From NCBI GenBank assembly GCA_965644295.1, contig CBFFRP010000404.1:1-64000 (forward strand): a stretch of 64,000 nt of DNA, written 5' to 3'. The stretch is from Paraphysomonas bandaiensis (taxonomy: Eukaryota > Protista > Chrysophyceae). This document shows, piece by piece, positions 13,363-26,340 of this stretch; position 1 is the first letter of the stretch, and each line of letters begins with the position of its first letter. Below the pieces are notes generated by a model. It did not search any database. It saw only the letters and a program-made list of their open reading frames with translations, and had not been told where the DNA came from. The position numbers were made by a program, and so were the translations under genes.

Positions 13363-14298
13363 GCATCTACACTGTGCACGGAAGTATGCTGATATAATAT
13401 TTGGACGAGAAGTATGATAATGAAGTAGGATTTTGCTTTGTTGTTGAGTATTACAGTTCTAGATTTCGAAGCATATTTTGCGTGTAGCATCACATATATC
13501 GAATATGACGCGGTGGATTTATCATTACAACTTTAGTTGCCATATGTATAGAGAATGGACTATGGGTTTCGTTGTATGCAATATGTTAGTTGGGGTGATT
13601 AATAATGTAGTATGATATTATAAGTATTGTCAACGGAAAGTCCATGTTTAGAGTGTTGCCCGCAAGTGCATTCAGGGCCCTGTCGTAGACGGAATCATCC
13701 TCTGGGTTCCAATGCGGAGATACGATCAAATATGCTTGAGAAGGGGTTCCCTCATTGTCAAAGTATTATCAACAATGCTCGCGCGATCAGACCGGATTAG
13801 ATTTCAGATAATACATGCATAGTATTTAGTATTGTAATCGGCAAGAAATATAAGCAGGACACACACTATATGACAAAATCAAAGAAAAAAAATGTGTAAA
13901 TTGTCATTTCGCATATGACAAAACGCACACATTGTATATCAAAATTTTATCTATAGATAAAACTACACCATAAAACGAAACTGTTAAAAACACAAAGAGT
14001 TTGCGTAAAGTTGTATAACTAAATGCTACAAATTAAGGTTTGGTTTATAATTGCTAAATACAAATACGAGTGTTGTACATATTATAAGATGTATTGAATA
14101 ATAAAAAACTAAAATATAGTGACTGTTTAAGATCGTGGATATATATTCAAGACTATGAATTATTGATTGAAGATACTTTTTTAAAATTAATTGGGTGTTG
14201 TGAGCTTTAGTAGTCTCTAAAAACAGGTAAATCATGTCAATAGTACCTTATTATAATCCGTTTTCACATGTAGTTATTAGTTTAGCTATAATTCACAT

Positions 14299-14514
14299 TT
14301 ACAAGAGGACACACAATAGCAAATTCTGCTTCTGTATGTTTGTTTTATGCGTGTAGATACTTTTAGAGTAGATGCTTGTTGACGAGGTAGGTGTCCAATA
14401 CAAACAGCGAACTATGAAGTATTTATGACAACATATATTCACTACCCAGTATCCACCAGTACCACTTGTATTGGTTGTATACTTCACACCTATTGCTAAT
14501 AATCAGATATTCAC
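14299..14514 (+). mobile_element. Divergent copy of non-LTR-type family (shared 3' terminus)
   Basis: Ends cacctattgctaataatcagatattcac. The body differs from the other copies and the 5' boundary is approximate. Confidence 0.55.
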
Positions 14515-14915
14515 AAATGGGGCTTAAATACGTCTACGCAAGGTTACACTAATGTTAAGCCTGGAGTACCTCACTTCCGCAGGTTGAAAGATTCGGGAGC
14601 ATAGGTACTCATACTACTACTGTAAGTAGTAGTGGTGAAGATAGCTTTATGCGTATGCATTGTATCCAAAATCAGGCTATTCGGTTGGAGCGTTTGCAAT
14701 CCCAACAGAGGCAAAAATGCAGGTAGAAATATGAGAATATGATATTACAAAAAACACAAGTGGCAGGGTCAACTTGTAACGCAATAAATAACAACTATAA
14801 TATTGCAACATTTTGGGGCTTTCCATTTTTGGAACACAGTACTAACTATTGCTCCCTCAATCATAAAGCAGTTGTTACCCTCCTTCAACCACTTTATGCT
14901 GCAGCCAAACAAATG

Positions 14916-15531
14916 CTCTAAGGTCGTAGTGGACACACAGGAAGCAACATACGAAGCGAGCATGGCGGAGTCGGCAGTTTTCCCCCAGCTCGCGCCAAAA
15001 TGCGGCAATAAACGATTTAAATCGAGCATCACCCAGCGGAAGCCACGGGTTCTACGCTTACTACACGTGTAAAGCGGAGACCTAACGCGCCACTCCGTTC
15101 GTCTTCCACTTCCACCACCCCCGCCTCAGCAGAGAGAAGCCACTATATGCCAACTCCGTCAGCTACTCCTCTGCCCCAGACCCAACACGCAGCTGGAGCC
15201 ATTCTAAGACACGCAGGGGCCCCAACATACTCCCTCGTCCACCTATCTTAGGTTAAGAAGACTTACCCTAAGGGGCGTCCACCTGACTGATCTTTCTGTA
15301 TTTCAAGGACTAACGTCCACAGAGAGCTTCTCCCTCACACACAAGAACGGAAGTGGTTGCACCTTGATGCTTGCGGCGATGCACAATCAGCTTCTGTAGC
15401 GTTACATAGTAGGATATACAAATACGTGCTAATTAGTTACAGGTAGAGGTCGATCTAGCTTGACTAGCCTTCATCTAACTACTTATCTCGTTTTTGTTCT
15501 TGACGCCTACTGCTAATAATAAGACTATCAC
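14916..15531 (+). mobile_element. Longer copy of non-LTR-type family with GC-rich body
   Basis: About 15345-15531 aligns with the reverse complement of about 58170-58362 (ggaagtggttgcaccttg..gcttgcggcga..; acgcctactgctaataataagactatcac). 15305-15335 matches the 42.3 kb copy. Confidence 0.75.
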
Positions 15532-15547
15532 ATATAGTTTTGGTTTT

Positions 15548-15700
15548 AAAACTAGTCAAAATAATAACTATTCAATATCTGCATTCACTATTTGATGCCT
15601 AGATGGCTAGGTGAATACCGTAGTCACCTAGTCATTGTTAGTGAAAATATGAATTATTTCATGGCTAGATTTTAACCCCTTGACTAGGTTTTCGCACTGT
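15548..15700. repeat. Small imperfect palindromic MITE-like element
   Basis: Central stem ggctaggtga..tcacctagtc (about 15605-15633), with outer aaaactagtcaa / ttgactaggtttt. Confidence 0.45.
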
Positions 15701-16068
15701 ATTTGGAGTGACAAGGAAATTACACCAAACTTACAATTTACAAATAAAATTCAATAGTAAATCCCCCCATCAATAGTTGCTTTAGTCTTGGTTAACGAAA
15801 CTATCGCATTATGTTCTCTACTCTTTGGTGCTAGCTAAATAATAGTACAGACCCGTGCGCAATAAAATAGTTTCGTTTCAGTGTATGCAGCGCAAGTAAA
15901 GCAATTTTGAAGTGCTTCAAAATGAAAATATGCTTGATAAACACAGCGACCAGGAAATATATCAAATGTATTATTACGGAACGCACACCATGGATTATTA
16001 TTCCTCAGGTGTTTTCTCAGCTCAATTATTTCTACATCTACTCCAGGCAATCAGTGTTCCTGTCTAAG

Positions 16069-19000
16069 TTAGAGACCAACCCTCTCAGCAAAGCTTTTTG
16101 CAGTATGTAACACTGCCTCAATAGCTTCATCTGAAGATTTCCCAGTTCCTTCGATTGGGATATTAGCAGTTGCCTGCGTGCTCTTCCCCCCACCCTTTCC
16201 GGCGCCGAGGGCGGTGATGCACTCTTCGCACCACTTCTTTGCGTCCAAACCAGCCGCAACGTGATCAGCAGTGGCTATTGTGTACAACGCAATCCTGAGG
16301 TAAATATTAGAATCAAGCATTCAGTGACTGTACACGTAGTAAATTTGCAAAATATTTCGAGTATAGATAGAGAGTGCTCGATACCTCGCGGAGTCGTCAT
16401 CTGCTGAACATAGAAAGACGCTGGTATTAGGACACAGCGCCTTAAACTTGTCCTGGATTTTTTTCGCAACCTTCCCATCCGTCCCGATGTCAATGCACTG
16501 AACAATCACATTCTGAAAAGCACGAGTAATCAGAAATCGCACGTGCATATAATATACGCACACAATGCATACCTGGCTCGTCTCCACTGCAGCCGCACCA
16601 AGCGTATCAGCCAGGGCGAGTGCTGTCTCCGTGCGAACAGCCTGGTTGCTCTTCTGCCATGCTTTCAGCCGCTCTCCCACTTCGGCTAGCTCACTTTTCA
16701 ACTCTTCTTTGTCTACAAGAGACACTACTGCACGGTCGACCTCCAGCCGCATGGATTTAGTCATCGCATTGAGCTCAGGACCTGCTGGTAAGTCCTTCAT
16801 ATGCCTAATGCGGAACCTAATATCATCAGCAAGAGACTTTGCTTGCGTGGCGGCTACTCGTGTGAGAGCCGTAATTCGGCGAACTCCCTTTGCAATTCCA
16901 GATTCCTCTACAATAGCGAATGCCTCCGCCTCTGCAGTATTAGAGAGATGTGTCCCACCACAGAACTCCACAGAGTGTCCTTTCCATTCTACGTTTTCTG
17001 GGTTCGCAACAAGAGCATTCACATCAGCACCCACCGACAGCACCCTAACGGGGTCAGGATAGCGCTCTCCGAACACACTCCTTAAAGAACAGATCTTAGC
17101 CGCGTCTGCAAGTGGTACTTCCTGGGCGAAAACAGGCACTTTCTGATCAATAATATTAGACACTATACTTTCGATCTCTTTAATTTCATTGGCCTTAAGG
17201 GAACCATTCCAGGAGAAATCAAACCGGAGTTTGTCGGCGTCGACCAATGATCCCTTCTGATCACAGGTACCCTTTGCAGATATAGCATCTCCTCCGACAT
17301 CCCCAATAAGTACTTTTCTGATTGCGTAGTTTAGAACATGAGTCATAGTGTGGTTAGGAGCCACCAACGATCGTCTGTCGTAATCCACACGACATTCAAC
17401 AACGTCCCCAACAGTCAGAACAAAGTTCGGACTGGAGTTACCCTTGATCTCACACACGTGGACGACATACCCCTTGTACACTTGACAGTTACTCACTTCC
17501 AGAGTTACTTCCTTATCCGTACCAGGGAAAGCTACAATAGATCCAGTGTCATATATCTGACCACCTGATTCATAGTAGAATGAAGAGCGGTCCAGAATGA
17601 CTCCGAAGTAGCCTTCACTGTGTGTAACACTTGACACGAAACCGGCATCGACATCGCTGTTGCTTCCAGCCCCTCTGCCAGTGTAGATTGCTCGTACAGT
17701 AGCAGTAGGGTTCTGATGCCAGACATACTTATGAGAGGCGTCGGTAGCTTCTATACTCTTCCCTTCCAACCACGATGTCTGCTCTGCAGCCATTGATAGG
17801 TCTTTGCTGCCTCCACCTTTACGGGCGGCCTCCGCTTCCTCGGAAATTCGCCTGTCATTATCCATGAGTGCCTGGAATTCCTCCCCATCAACAGTGAGGC
17901 CATTTTCAGCGGCCATGAGTTCTGTCAGATCGAGAGGGAAACCCATAGAGGTGAATAGAATATGTGCATCTTTACCAGGTACAACAGTTTTACCAGCAGC
18001 TTTCAGAGAGGCCACGACCTTTTTGAAATGCTTCACACCCTGATCTAGCGTGCGGTTGAATGATGATTCTTCCTCTTCAATCACCCCCATGATGAAATCC
18101 TGTTTTGTCAAGATGTTCGGAAATGCTTCGGAGAAGTTGCTGACTACAATCGACACGAGCTGAGTAAAGAAACCAGAAGGAGCGTTAAGAATTTCTTGTC
18201 CATAACGCACGGCTCTACGGAGGATACGACGTAGGACATAACCTCTTCCGTCACTGGATGGTACACAACCGTCAGCAATTGCAAATGTCAGCGTCCGAAT
18301 ATGGTCGGCCACCACACGGTAAGCCATATCAACAAGATCGGTGTCCTCTGCACCCACTTTACCAGAATAAGCACGGCAGCCGACAACCTCCTGGATCCTG
18401 GCAAATATTGGCATAAAGACGTCGGTGTCATAATTTGATGGTTTATCCTGGAGGATAGATGTCAGTCGTTCAAGTCCCATACCGGTATCTACGTGCTGAG
18501 CTGGGAGAGTTTTCAGTACGGTCTCACTCTCTCTGTTGTACTGAATGAAGACTAGATTCCATATCTCCATCACATCTGCTACATCGGCGTTAACAAGATG
18601 GGCAGCATCACGGTTTCCAATGCGATCATAATGTATTTCCGTACAGGGTCCACATGGACCAACGGGACCCATTTCCCAGAAATTGTCCTTGCATCCAAAA
18701 GGTAGGACCCTCTCAGGGGGAAGAAGCTGCAACCACAGTTCACGTGCTGTATCATCTCTAGGAATTCCCTGTGACTCATCACCACCGAAATAAGTGGCAT
18801 AGAGGCGATCAGGGTTGAGGCCATACACATTGACTAGACAATCCCATGACCACTTAATCGCTTCCTCCTTAAAGTAGTCACCAAAGCTCCAGTTGCCAAG
18901 CATTTCGAAGAAAGTATGATGGTAAACATCTTTGCCCACATCCTCCAGATCATTGTGCTTCCCCCCAGCACGAATACACTTCTGTGAATTGACTGCTCTC

Positions 19001-19371
19001 TTAAGAGAGGCCATCTCCTGAGCAGGATCACATGTACCAAGGAACAATGGTTTGAATTGATTCATTCCTGCATTAGCAAAGAGAAGAGTGGGATCATTGA
19101 CGGGAACAACAGGACTACTCATCCAAAAAGTATGGCCGTGTTTCTCCTGAAAGTATTTAATGAACGTCTCTCTGACTCTTGCTACTGGCCACTCTATATG
19201 ATGATCTCCAGTAGCTGCTGAGGATGAGGATAAGGATGATGGATCTTCGAGGGACACCTTCTTCATATTCACTTCAATATCATCTAAACGAGCCTCTTTA
19301 TCTGACATATCTGCCTGTAGTTGATTTAGCTTCAGTTCAAGATGATTGACTTGTCTGCTAAAATTATCCAT
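16069..19371 (-). CDS. AARS1: Alanyl-tRNA synthetase, eukaryotic cytosolic type
   Basis: Motifs DPTLLFANAGMNQFKP, SQKCIRAGGKHNDL, HHTFFEMLGNWSFGDYFK, DTGMGLERL, editing-domain HTMTH and EFCGGTH, and C-Ala GKGGGK. Introns 16513-16572 and 16295-16384. Confidence 0.97.
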
Positions 19372-19802
19372 TCATTTCTCTTGCAAGAGAGATGTATGTA
19401 TGTATATGTGCGTGCCGGGAGATTACAGATACATGCAGAGCCCATACTTCCTCTATACAGCTGTGTACATGTAGGGCCAGCTGACCGCATGGCACAGCCA
19501 CAGGAATATACGCAAAACACATGGAACAATAGATAGGAATACGGTTGCTGTGTGCCGACGTCATGGGCCGTCGAATTGCAAGCTTCCTTTTATAGAATAC
19601 CGTCTGTAGGATTCTGGGTATACAGAAGAAACCTCTGCTGTGATACTACAGACTACAGCAGGTATACTATACTTGTATACAGAGACCTTTCTACCATGTA
19701 CAGCAGCTTATGTATGTATAGTCCTGTAGATAGAGGAAGGGTGTGGTATCATGTATCATGCATATCATTGAAGGTCATCATAAAGTCCAGTGGATTATCA
19801 CC

Positions 19803-20267
19803 ATGACTGGAAGAAGTACATATAGCACATACTGGTTGGCAGTGGGTGTACTCCTGCAGCTGCTGGTTCATTTCCCTCATACCTGTGATGGGTTTTTGGG
19901 TTTCTGGGAAACAAACTATCCGAACGAGACGATTACAGTGTGTGTATTCGACGAAGCACGGGGCGTATTAATAGGCCGTACACACTGGATTGATAAGGAA
20001 TTTAACTCGGACTCTGCGGCTCTTCAAGGCGTCCTAATAAATGATACGTGGTTTTATGGTACAGGTGCAACTATAAGCGGGGGTTCTTATAGCTTTTCGA
20101 TGACCACCTCACAGTTAAATGCTACAAGCTCAACTGGAAATTACAAATTCTTCGAAAATAGTGAACAAGGAATTTGGAACTGGAAATACATTCGACCGAC
20201 CGAAGATATCGAGTGTGAGGAGGTTACAAAGGTACGGAGAGTTGGAGGCATTTTATTATCGACTTGA
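19803..20267 (+). CDS. Hypothetical secreted/surface protein
   Basis: Hydrophobic signal-like N-terminus, N-glycosylation sequons (NET, NDT, NAT) and a beta-rich pattern. It may splice 20232-20378 into a hydrophobic tail, so the 3' end is uncertain. Confidence 0.6.
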   Translation: MTGRSTYSTYWLAVGVLLQLLVHFPHTCDGFLGFWETNYPNETITVCVFDEARGVLIGRTHWIDKEFNSDSAALQGVLINDTWFYGTGATISGGSYSFSMTTSQLNATSSTGNYKFFENSEQGIWNWKYIRPTEDIECEEVTKVRRVGGILLST

Positions 20268-20652
20268 TGAAGCAATACCATTGACATAGAGTTATCAACA
20301 TGATTTTTATTGGATTTTAGTTTGTATTAAAGTGATAAGTGCACTATTTTATATCTTTGCTATGCATTCCTTCTGCAGGTGAAAAATTATATCACTAACA
20401 CAATCAGGATACCCTCCATATATTATTTTCTAGTGCCACTGTTTTTGTTGTCTTTAGCAGACAGAGTATCAATATACACTCGCTTTCACAGCTGTAATAA
20501 TTGGACAATACATAAAACAAATTTATTATGCAGATTACTTCACCATGCTCTGGAACATAACCTACTACAATGCAAGACTAAAGATAGTTATATTTCACCA
20601 CGGGTATTCCCTGATTGTGGTGACATTTCTAAGCCTAATATATTCTTTATTT

Positions 20653-20985
20653 GTTCCTACTAAACTAAAAAGTGTCATTCGTTTTTACTATATTGCGGGC
20701 GTCCATATAAAATGAGCCCTACTAAATTTTTCAGACTTACCCATTAAGTTAATAATTTTATTCGATTCTACTAACCTTAGCAGATGTTGCTTCTCGATAA
20801 AAATGGCAGCTGAGCTGTATTGAAATTTAGTAGAATCGAATAAAATTATTAACTTAATGGGTAAGTCTGAAAAATTTAGTAGGGCTCATTTTATATGGAC
20901 GCCCACAATATAGTAAAAACGAATGACACTTTTTAGTTTAGTAGGAACGTCGGTTAAATTTAGTAGGGACCAGTATATTACCGTC
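20653..20985. mobile_element. Foldback/MITE-like long inverted repeat
   Basis: Arms 20653-20774 and 20827-20948 (122 bp, one mismatch seen) with a 52-bp spacer and repeated CTACTAA motifs. The right side extends to ...tattaccgt. Confidence 0.85.
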
Positions 20986-21289
20986 CCTGATTAACATAAT
21001 GTTAGGAAAGCAAATGACAAACCAAATTATTGTTTCAAATCAAAGACTACTACTTAAGGGAATGAAATTTGGACTAGACTAGCTGAAGTCAATATATTCA
21101 CGAATTTCAATATATACCCTTACCGCAGAATAGTACTGAGGAATGCCCAACTGCGAGGATTATTGACACGAGGCTTGCTGTTGTCATTGGCATTATTATT
21201 ACATTTGTGTACGATATCCTTAACCTCTGTTAGTGCAACTGACTCGAATACTAGGTGTATGATACAACACATACAACCCTTAAAGCACG

Positions 21290-21680
21290 ACCCTGAAAGG
21301 ACTGAGTGTCATTGCTCCTCTAATCACCTATATAGATGTGGAATTTAAACATTTGAACTCTCCAGTAATATTCTTGAAATATTGTTTCGAAGTTCAGTTT
21401 GTGAATATAGGTCGCTTGCACTGTCAGCATTATAATCTTCTACAGCAGACGAAGGATGGAAGATGACTTGGAGTGTTCTATGCTCTGCTTTCGAATGTTG
21501 GCCCATCACGGGGGTTTCCTACTAATGTGCAAAATAATTTAATCATACAAATGGCTGCCATTATCATAATTAAGAAGAAGAGAGCTTATGTTATGTCTAA
21601 ATTTACCCGATGTTAATGTGAGAGTTGTTTTAAGCCCAATTCAGGTCAAAAAAGCTTTTCTGAGACAAAATGGGATGACA
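21290..21680. repeat. Dispersed repeat family B, copy 1
   Basis: Starts accctgaaaggactg and ends tcaggtcaaaaaagcttttctgagacaaaatggg. Collinear with 25842-26215 and 26341-26710. Confidence 0.7.
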
Positions 21681-22157
21681 AGTAACAATATATTGCAATA
21701 TACAAGCGTCCCATCAATAATATAGATGAATTCACCTAAATAATACCATCGCAATATATAGTGAGCTACTTTATTGGGTACTTTATAATATAGTTCCCAA
21801 GCCCTGCTGCACTGCTTCTCATGACGCAAGACTTATTGAAATATTATAATGCCGATTCTATCTTTAACACTATTATATTTCGAAGGCAGAAGTTCCTGTT
21901 CACGCGGTATAGAAATGGATGCACTGCAGCACTTGAAAGCTTATTGCGAAATCTTTATTCAGTGCAAAAATAAACTATAATCATAGCACCACGTACACAG
22001 CATAAACTTATCATACCAAAATATAAATATATTACACTGAGCAGTAGTGTCCTCCGAGTTTTTCACATTTTACAACAAATCGAGAAAATACAAACAAGGA
22101 CTATGTGTAATGCTTACCGCACTACACAGAATCACTTACTTCTACACAATATCAATA

Positions 22158-24948
22158 TCAAAGCGTGCCTCTACATTTCGAGGACATCACCCTATCTTCA
22201 CTGAGTACATCACAAACTTCTTCCAATTGACAGTCTGCCGTTCTGCCTATTTCAATGTCATCTGTCACATACAGATTTCTACAAGGGGTCCTTGATGATT
22301 GCGACTGCAGCGCACGATGTGTTGTACCCGGCTGGAATTCTACAGAAATCACATGATTGCACAATAACATCAAACCAAAGGCTTACCTTTCAGTGTAGTG
22401 ATTAAAGTATCAAGTCTCATTGGCTTGCCTACTAATTTATCTGCTCCCGCAGCCAGGAATTCTTCCACATCCTCTGGAACAATGTTTCCCGTAACAGCGA
22501 TAATTGGGCCCTCATATCCCATATCCCTGATTATTTTACAGGCTTCGATGCCACCCATGTTTGGCATCACTGAATCCAGGAAAATCATATCTATGCCATC
22601 TTTAACGAATGATTCTTTGACTGCCCCCACAGCACCGACACCATCTTCCCGCTGATGTATTCTTAGATATAAATTTCAGACAACAAATTCATACCTCTAC
22701 GATTTTAGCAAAATGAGGCTTCAGAGCTCTGGACAACATTTTTCGGCAAGTTTTGACATCATCCACAACTAAAGCACAATGGAATTTCGTACTCCCAACA
22801 TCAATGTCATCGCTATAATTCAACGGGACGACTACGCGGCGCCTATTGTTATCACTGGGCTTTACGTATTCAACAACTGGTTTAATATGCAAGTTAGGGT
22901 CTGGCTCAAAATCTAGTGGTGCCACAGATGATGCGGAGCTATTTCTTTTCTCCAATGTGATGGGTAAGTTACCAGTAGTGGAGGGATCCGTGGGATTCGA
23001 TTTGAGAGGGAGGTCGACATGAAACGAACATCCCTCACCCGATATGCCTGAAGACTCTAACGTGAGCAATCCACCATGCTTTGATACTATATTTCGCGAC
23101 ACTGAACAAATAAAACTATCAGGTACGGAACATATACAGTCATAGCTATACCATATAGCCCTAGTCCAGACCCTTCGCCATTGCGAGCCTCAGTAGCACT
23201 AAACTGGACCATGTCCTTAAATAACTTTGACTGGTTCTCCTTGAAGCAAAATATGATTTCGTAAATGCTAGCGAAAAGTACTTACAGGTAAGATTCCACA
23301 TCCCGTGTCTTTAACAGTTATTCGTACCATCGGATCATCACCCTACAAGTAGGCAGACAGAATATTATATATACATATTAAAACTTGTAAACCAACCTCA
23401 AGTACTGCCAACTCCTCACGCCCTAGAAGGCGAGCGGAGACTGTAATTGTTCCACCGGCGGCTGTAAACTTAAGTGCATTGCTTAATAGGTTCCGCATCA
23501 CCATAGTAAATTTTATATTATCTACAGCGACCCATGCAGATTGAATATCTGACGGGAAGCATTCGTCACCACTATATATCAAACATATCTGTTCCTCAGA
23601 CGCCTAGAACACAAACTAATCAAATAAAACATATATATGACAAATCATTCTTTCATATTAAGTGCATTTCTGTCATATTGAGGGGGTATATCACAGGTTG
23701 TGTATAGGTATCAGCCATTGAAACACATGCGATTTAGTGCTGCATACCTGGCTAGTGAAGGGCTCTACCCACCCTGAAATCGATTGAATCAAATTTTGCG
23801 TCTTTAATCTTAGCCGCATGTCGCCATCCTCAATTTTGTTATATAGAAGTAGCCCGTTAAGGACGTCCACTGCACTGTGACAAGACCCGTACACGCTGGT
23901 AGAAGTGGACGCCACATTATCCGCAAGTGAAGACAATTTCGGGGAATCAGCGTACTTCCACGCTTCTTGTTGGATACCCTGCACATAAGTAGAAAGCATC
24001 TGAGTGCCCAGCATCATGGTGTTGAGTGGGGTTCGTAACTCGTGAGAAATATATCGAATAAACTGCTTTGTTAACTCTAACTGGTGCTACAACATAAATT
24101 AACAAAGGCGAACAGTAAAACAAATCACGCACCATTAGTATGGTCGACTCTTGACGCATGAGACGAGTAGGAACACAAATCGCCACTACAGCTACAATCA
24201 TATCGCATATAATATATGCCATAAGCTCATTACTCGTTCTATTTTCCCAATTTTCAAAACCATACATAACCCATATAACGTGAATATACAAAGCAAAAAA
24301 CACAATACAACTGACATACACAAAGTGGCACTTCTTGGAGCGAGACGAAAAGGATTCAGAGAGGGCAGTTATCATAAGTCGAAAGTAAGCATATAGCAAT
24401 CCGATCGCCTCTATCAGAAGCAAGACTGCGGTCAGAACAATAAAAATGTATATCACGGAACTGTGAAAGGAAAGACTTATATGCAAAATAAGAATGGTCA
24501 TAAAGCCAGTAAAATAACACCCAAGTAATATCGCCTTCTGCTTCTGAGTTGTATTCGTATCAATGAGGTACGTAATCAGCGCACCGCCCACTAAAATATT
24601 CTTGACGCCGAACAAGTATATGTACCCAACTGGGCTACCGACTTGCATTGTGATAAAAAGATTCGGTAGCACTAAGCCTAAGATTAACAAAACTCTTGGA
24701 AGGATAGTTCTTGGTTTAATGCTGCCCAAGTCCAACAATATTTCAAACAGTAATGGACAGCAAAAGCCTAAAGCAGCAGCAGACATGGACAAGAGATCTC
24801 GTGAGTGAAGCCTCTCTCTCAGTCTATCCAGATCAATTAAAACATTCTGAGAACATGTCAATGGGAACATTGCTATTACAGAGGACACCATAACTAAAGT
24901 GAACAATGACCACGGGCTGTACAAGTCCAACTTCTGCATCTTACGCAT
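22158..24948 (-). CDS. Membrane hybrid sensor histidine kinase (multi-TM + HisKA + HATPase + receiver)
   Basis: H-box ISHELRTPLN, N-box NLLSNALKFT, VKDTGCGI, GSGLGL, receiver LVVDD..IFLDSVMP..VTGN..KP. Seven introns (24081-24132, 23604-23747, 23343-23396, 23240-23285, 23102-23151, 22652-22694, 22340-22386) give 785 codons. A short upstream exon is possible. Confidence 0.93.
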
Positions 24949-25841
24949 GATAATCTTCACTATCTTGTCATTTACATTATCAGCTGTTCACAGGACTCTA
25001 TCGTTTAATGCAGTCATACCACTGCTGTCTCTTAATAAGGATTCTGCTAACACTTCGTGGATTCTGCATATGCCAGTCATGTCAGGGAATTGTGTTCCAG
25101 CGCCATTCCTATCAGTGACGATGATGCCTTTTTTCCTTCGTTTTTCCCTTTTTTTTAATCCCAAATACGGGTTATTTAGGCCGCACGGGTTTTGGGGTTT
25201 ACAAAGTGGGTCATTTTATACTATACTGCAGAGCTGTCTGTACATGTGCTGTCCACAGATCCTCCTTGCTGGCTGCAAAAGATCCACAGAGAGTATGCAT
25301 TGAATAAGATTATCAAGTATTAAGATTGCCATATTCGAGGCGTTAGTGAAGCTTTTGCCTTCACAAAGGGGTTTCAAACCTATAAAGTTTCACATATGCT
25401 GTCGATATCTACTACTGTATATTACGAAGAGGATTCCATTCATTAAGAAATAGATGCTCCCTGATTAACTTTAAGAACACAAATGACAACTCATATAGCT
25501 TCAAATCAATGATATGTATGTATACTGTATGCTTAGGGAGTAGCAATAGTACTAGATCAACTCAACACAATAAACCCCAAGTTTCTATAACAGCTACAAC
25601 AAATGTACTCCTACTACTGAAAAATACTGAGGGAATAGCAACTGCGAGGTGTCAAAATTCGTACATAAGTGTGATAATGAATGTGAACAGTTGAACGCTC
25701 AAGAGAGGCTTCTTATTCCCTTAATTAGCATCATCATCACATTTTTATACAGCAGGCTTAACCTCTGCAAGTGCACCTGATCGAATAATGTGTGTATGAT
25801 ATGAGGCACAAAATATCCTAATAAGCACAATGTAACCCGGA

Positions 25842-26215
25842 ACCCTGAAAGAACTGGGTGCCACTGCTCCTAACCACCTATATAGCATCAGATATGGTAC
25901 TTAAACTCTCCTGTAATATTCTTGAAGTTGTTTCGAAGTCCTGGATATTAGGATAGGTCGCTTGTACTGACAGCTTTATGATCTTATACAATGGAATATA
26001 ACTAGAAGTGTCTAATGATTTATCTCGTGATTGTGGTTTCTCTACAATTGTGTAATATAATGAAATCACTTATGACTGTCATTATCATAATTAGGATAGA
26101 AGTGAGCTTCTGTTGAACTGAATAATGTCTATATATGCCCGGTGCTAATATGAGCTCCCTCTTGAGACAAAATCAGGTCAAAAACAAGCTTTTTTTTGAG
26201 ACAAAATGGGGATAT
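25842..26215. repeat. Dispersed repeat family B, copy 2
   Basis: accctgaaagaactggg..gtaatattcttgaa..ataggtcgcttg.actg.cagc..tcaggtcaaaaacaagctttt..gagacaaaatggg. Confidence 0.7.
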
Positions 26216-26340
26216 AGTTATATTTAACCAGGGATACAAGGAGGCTGTACCCAGCGCTAATGCTGTGTGTATTGTGTATTGTGTATGATATGACACATAC
26301 AATCCTGATACCTGATAGCTGATAGCACGACGCGACCAAA

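Noticed and set aside
14515-14535. CA-aa-TGG as LTR end plus primer-binding site
   Set aside because: Absent after the other copies, and the 11-14 bp TSDs argue against an LTR element.
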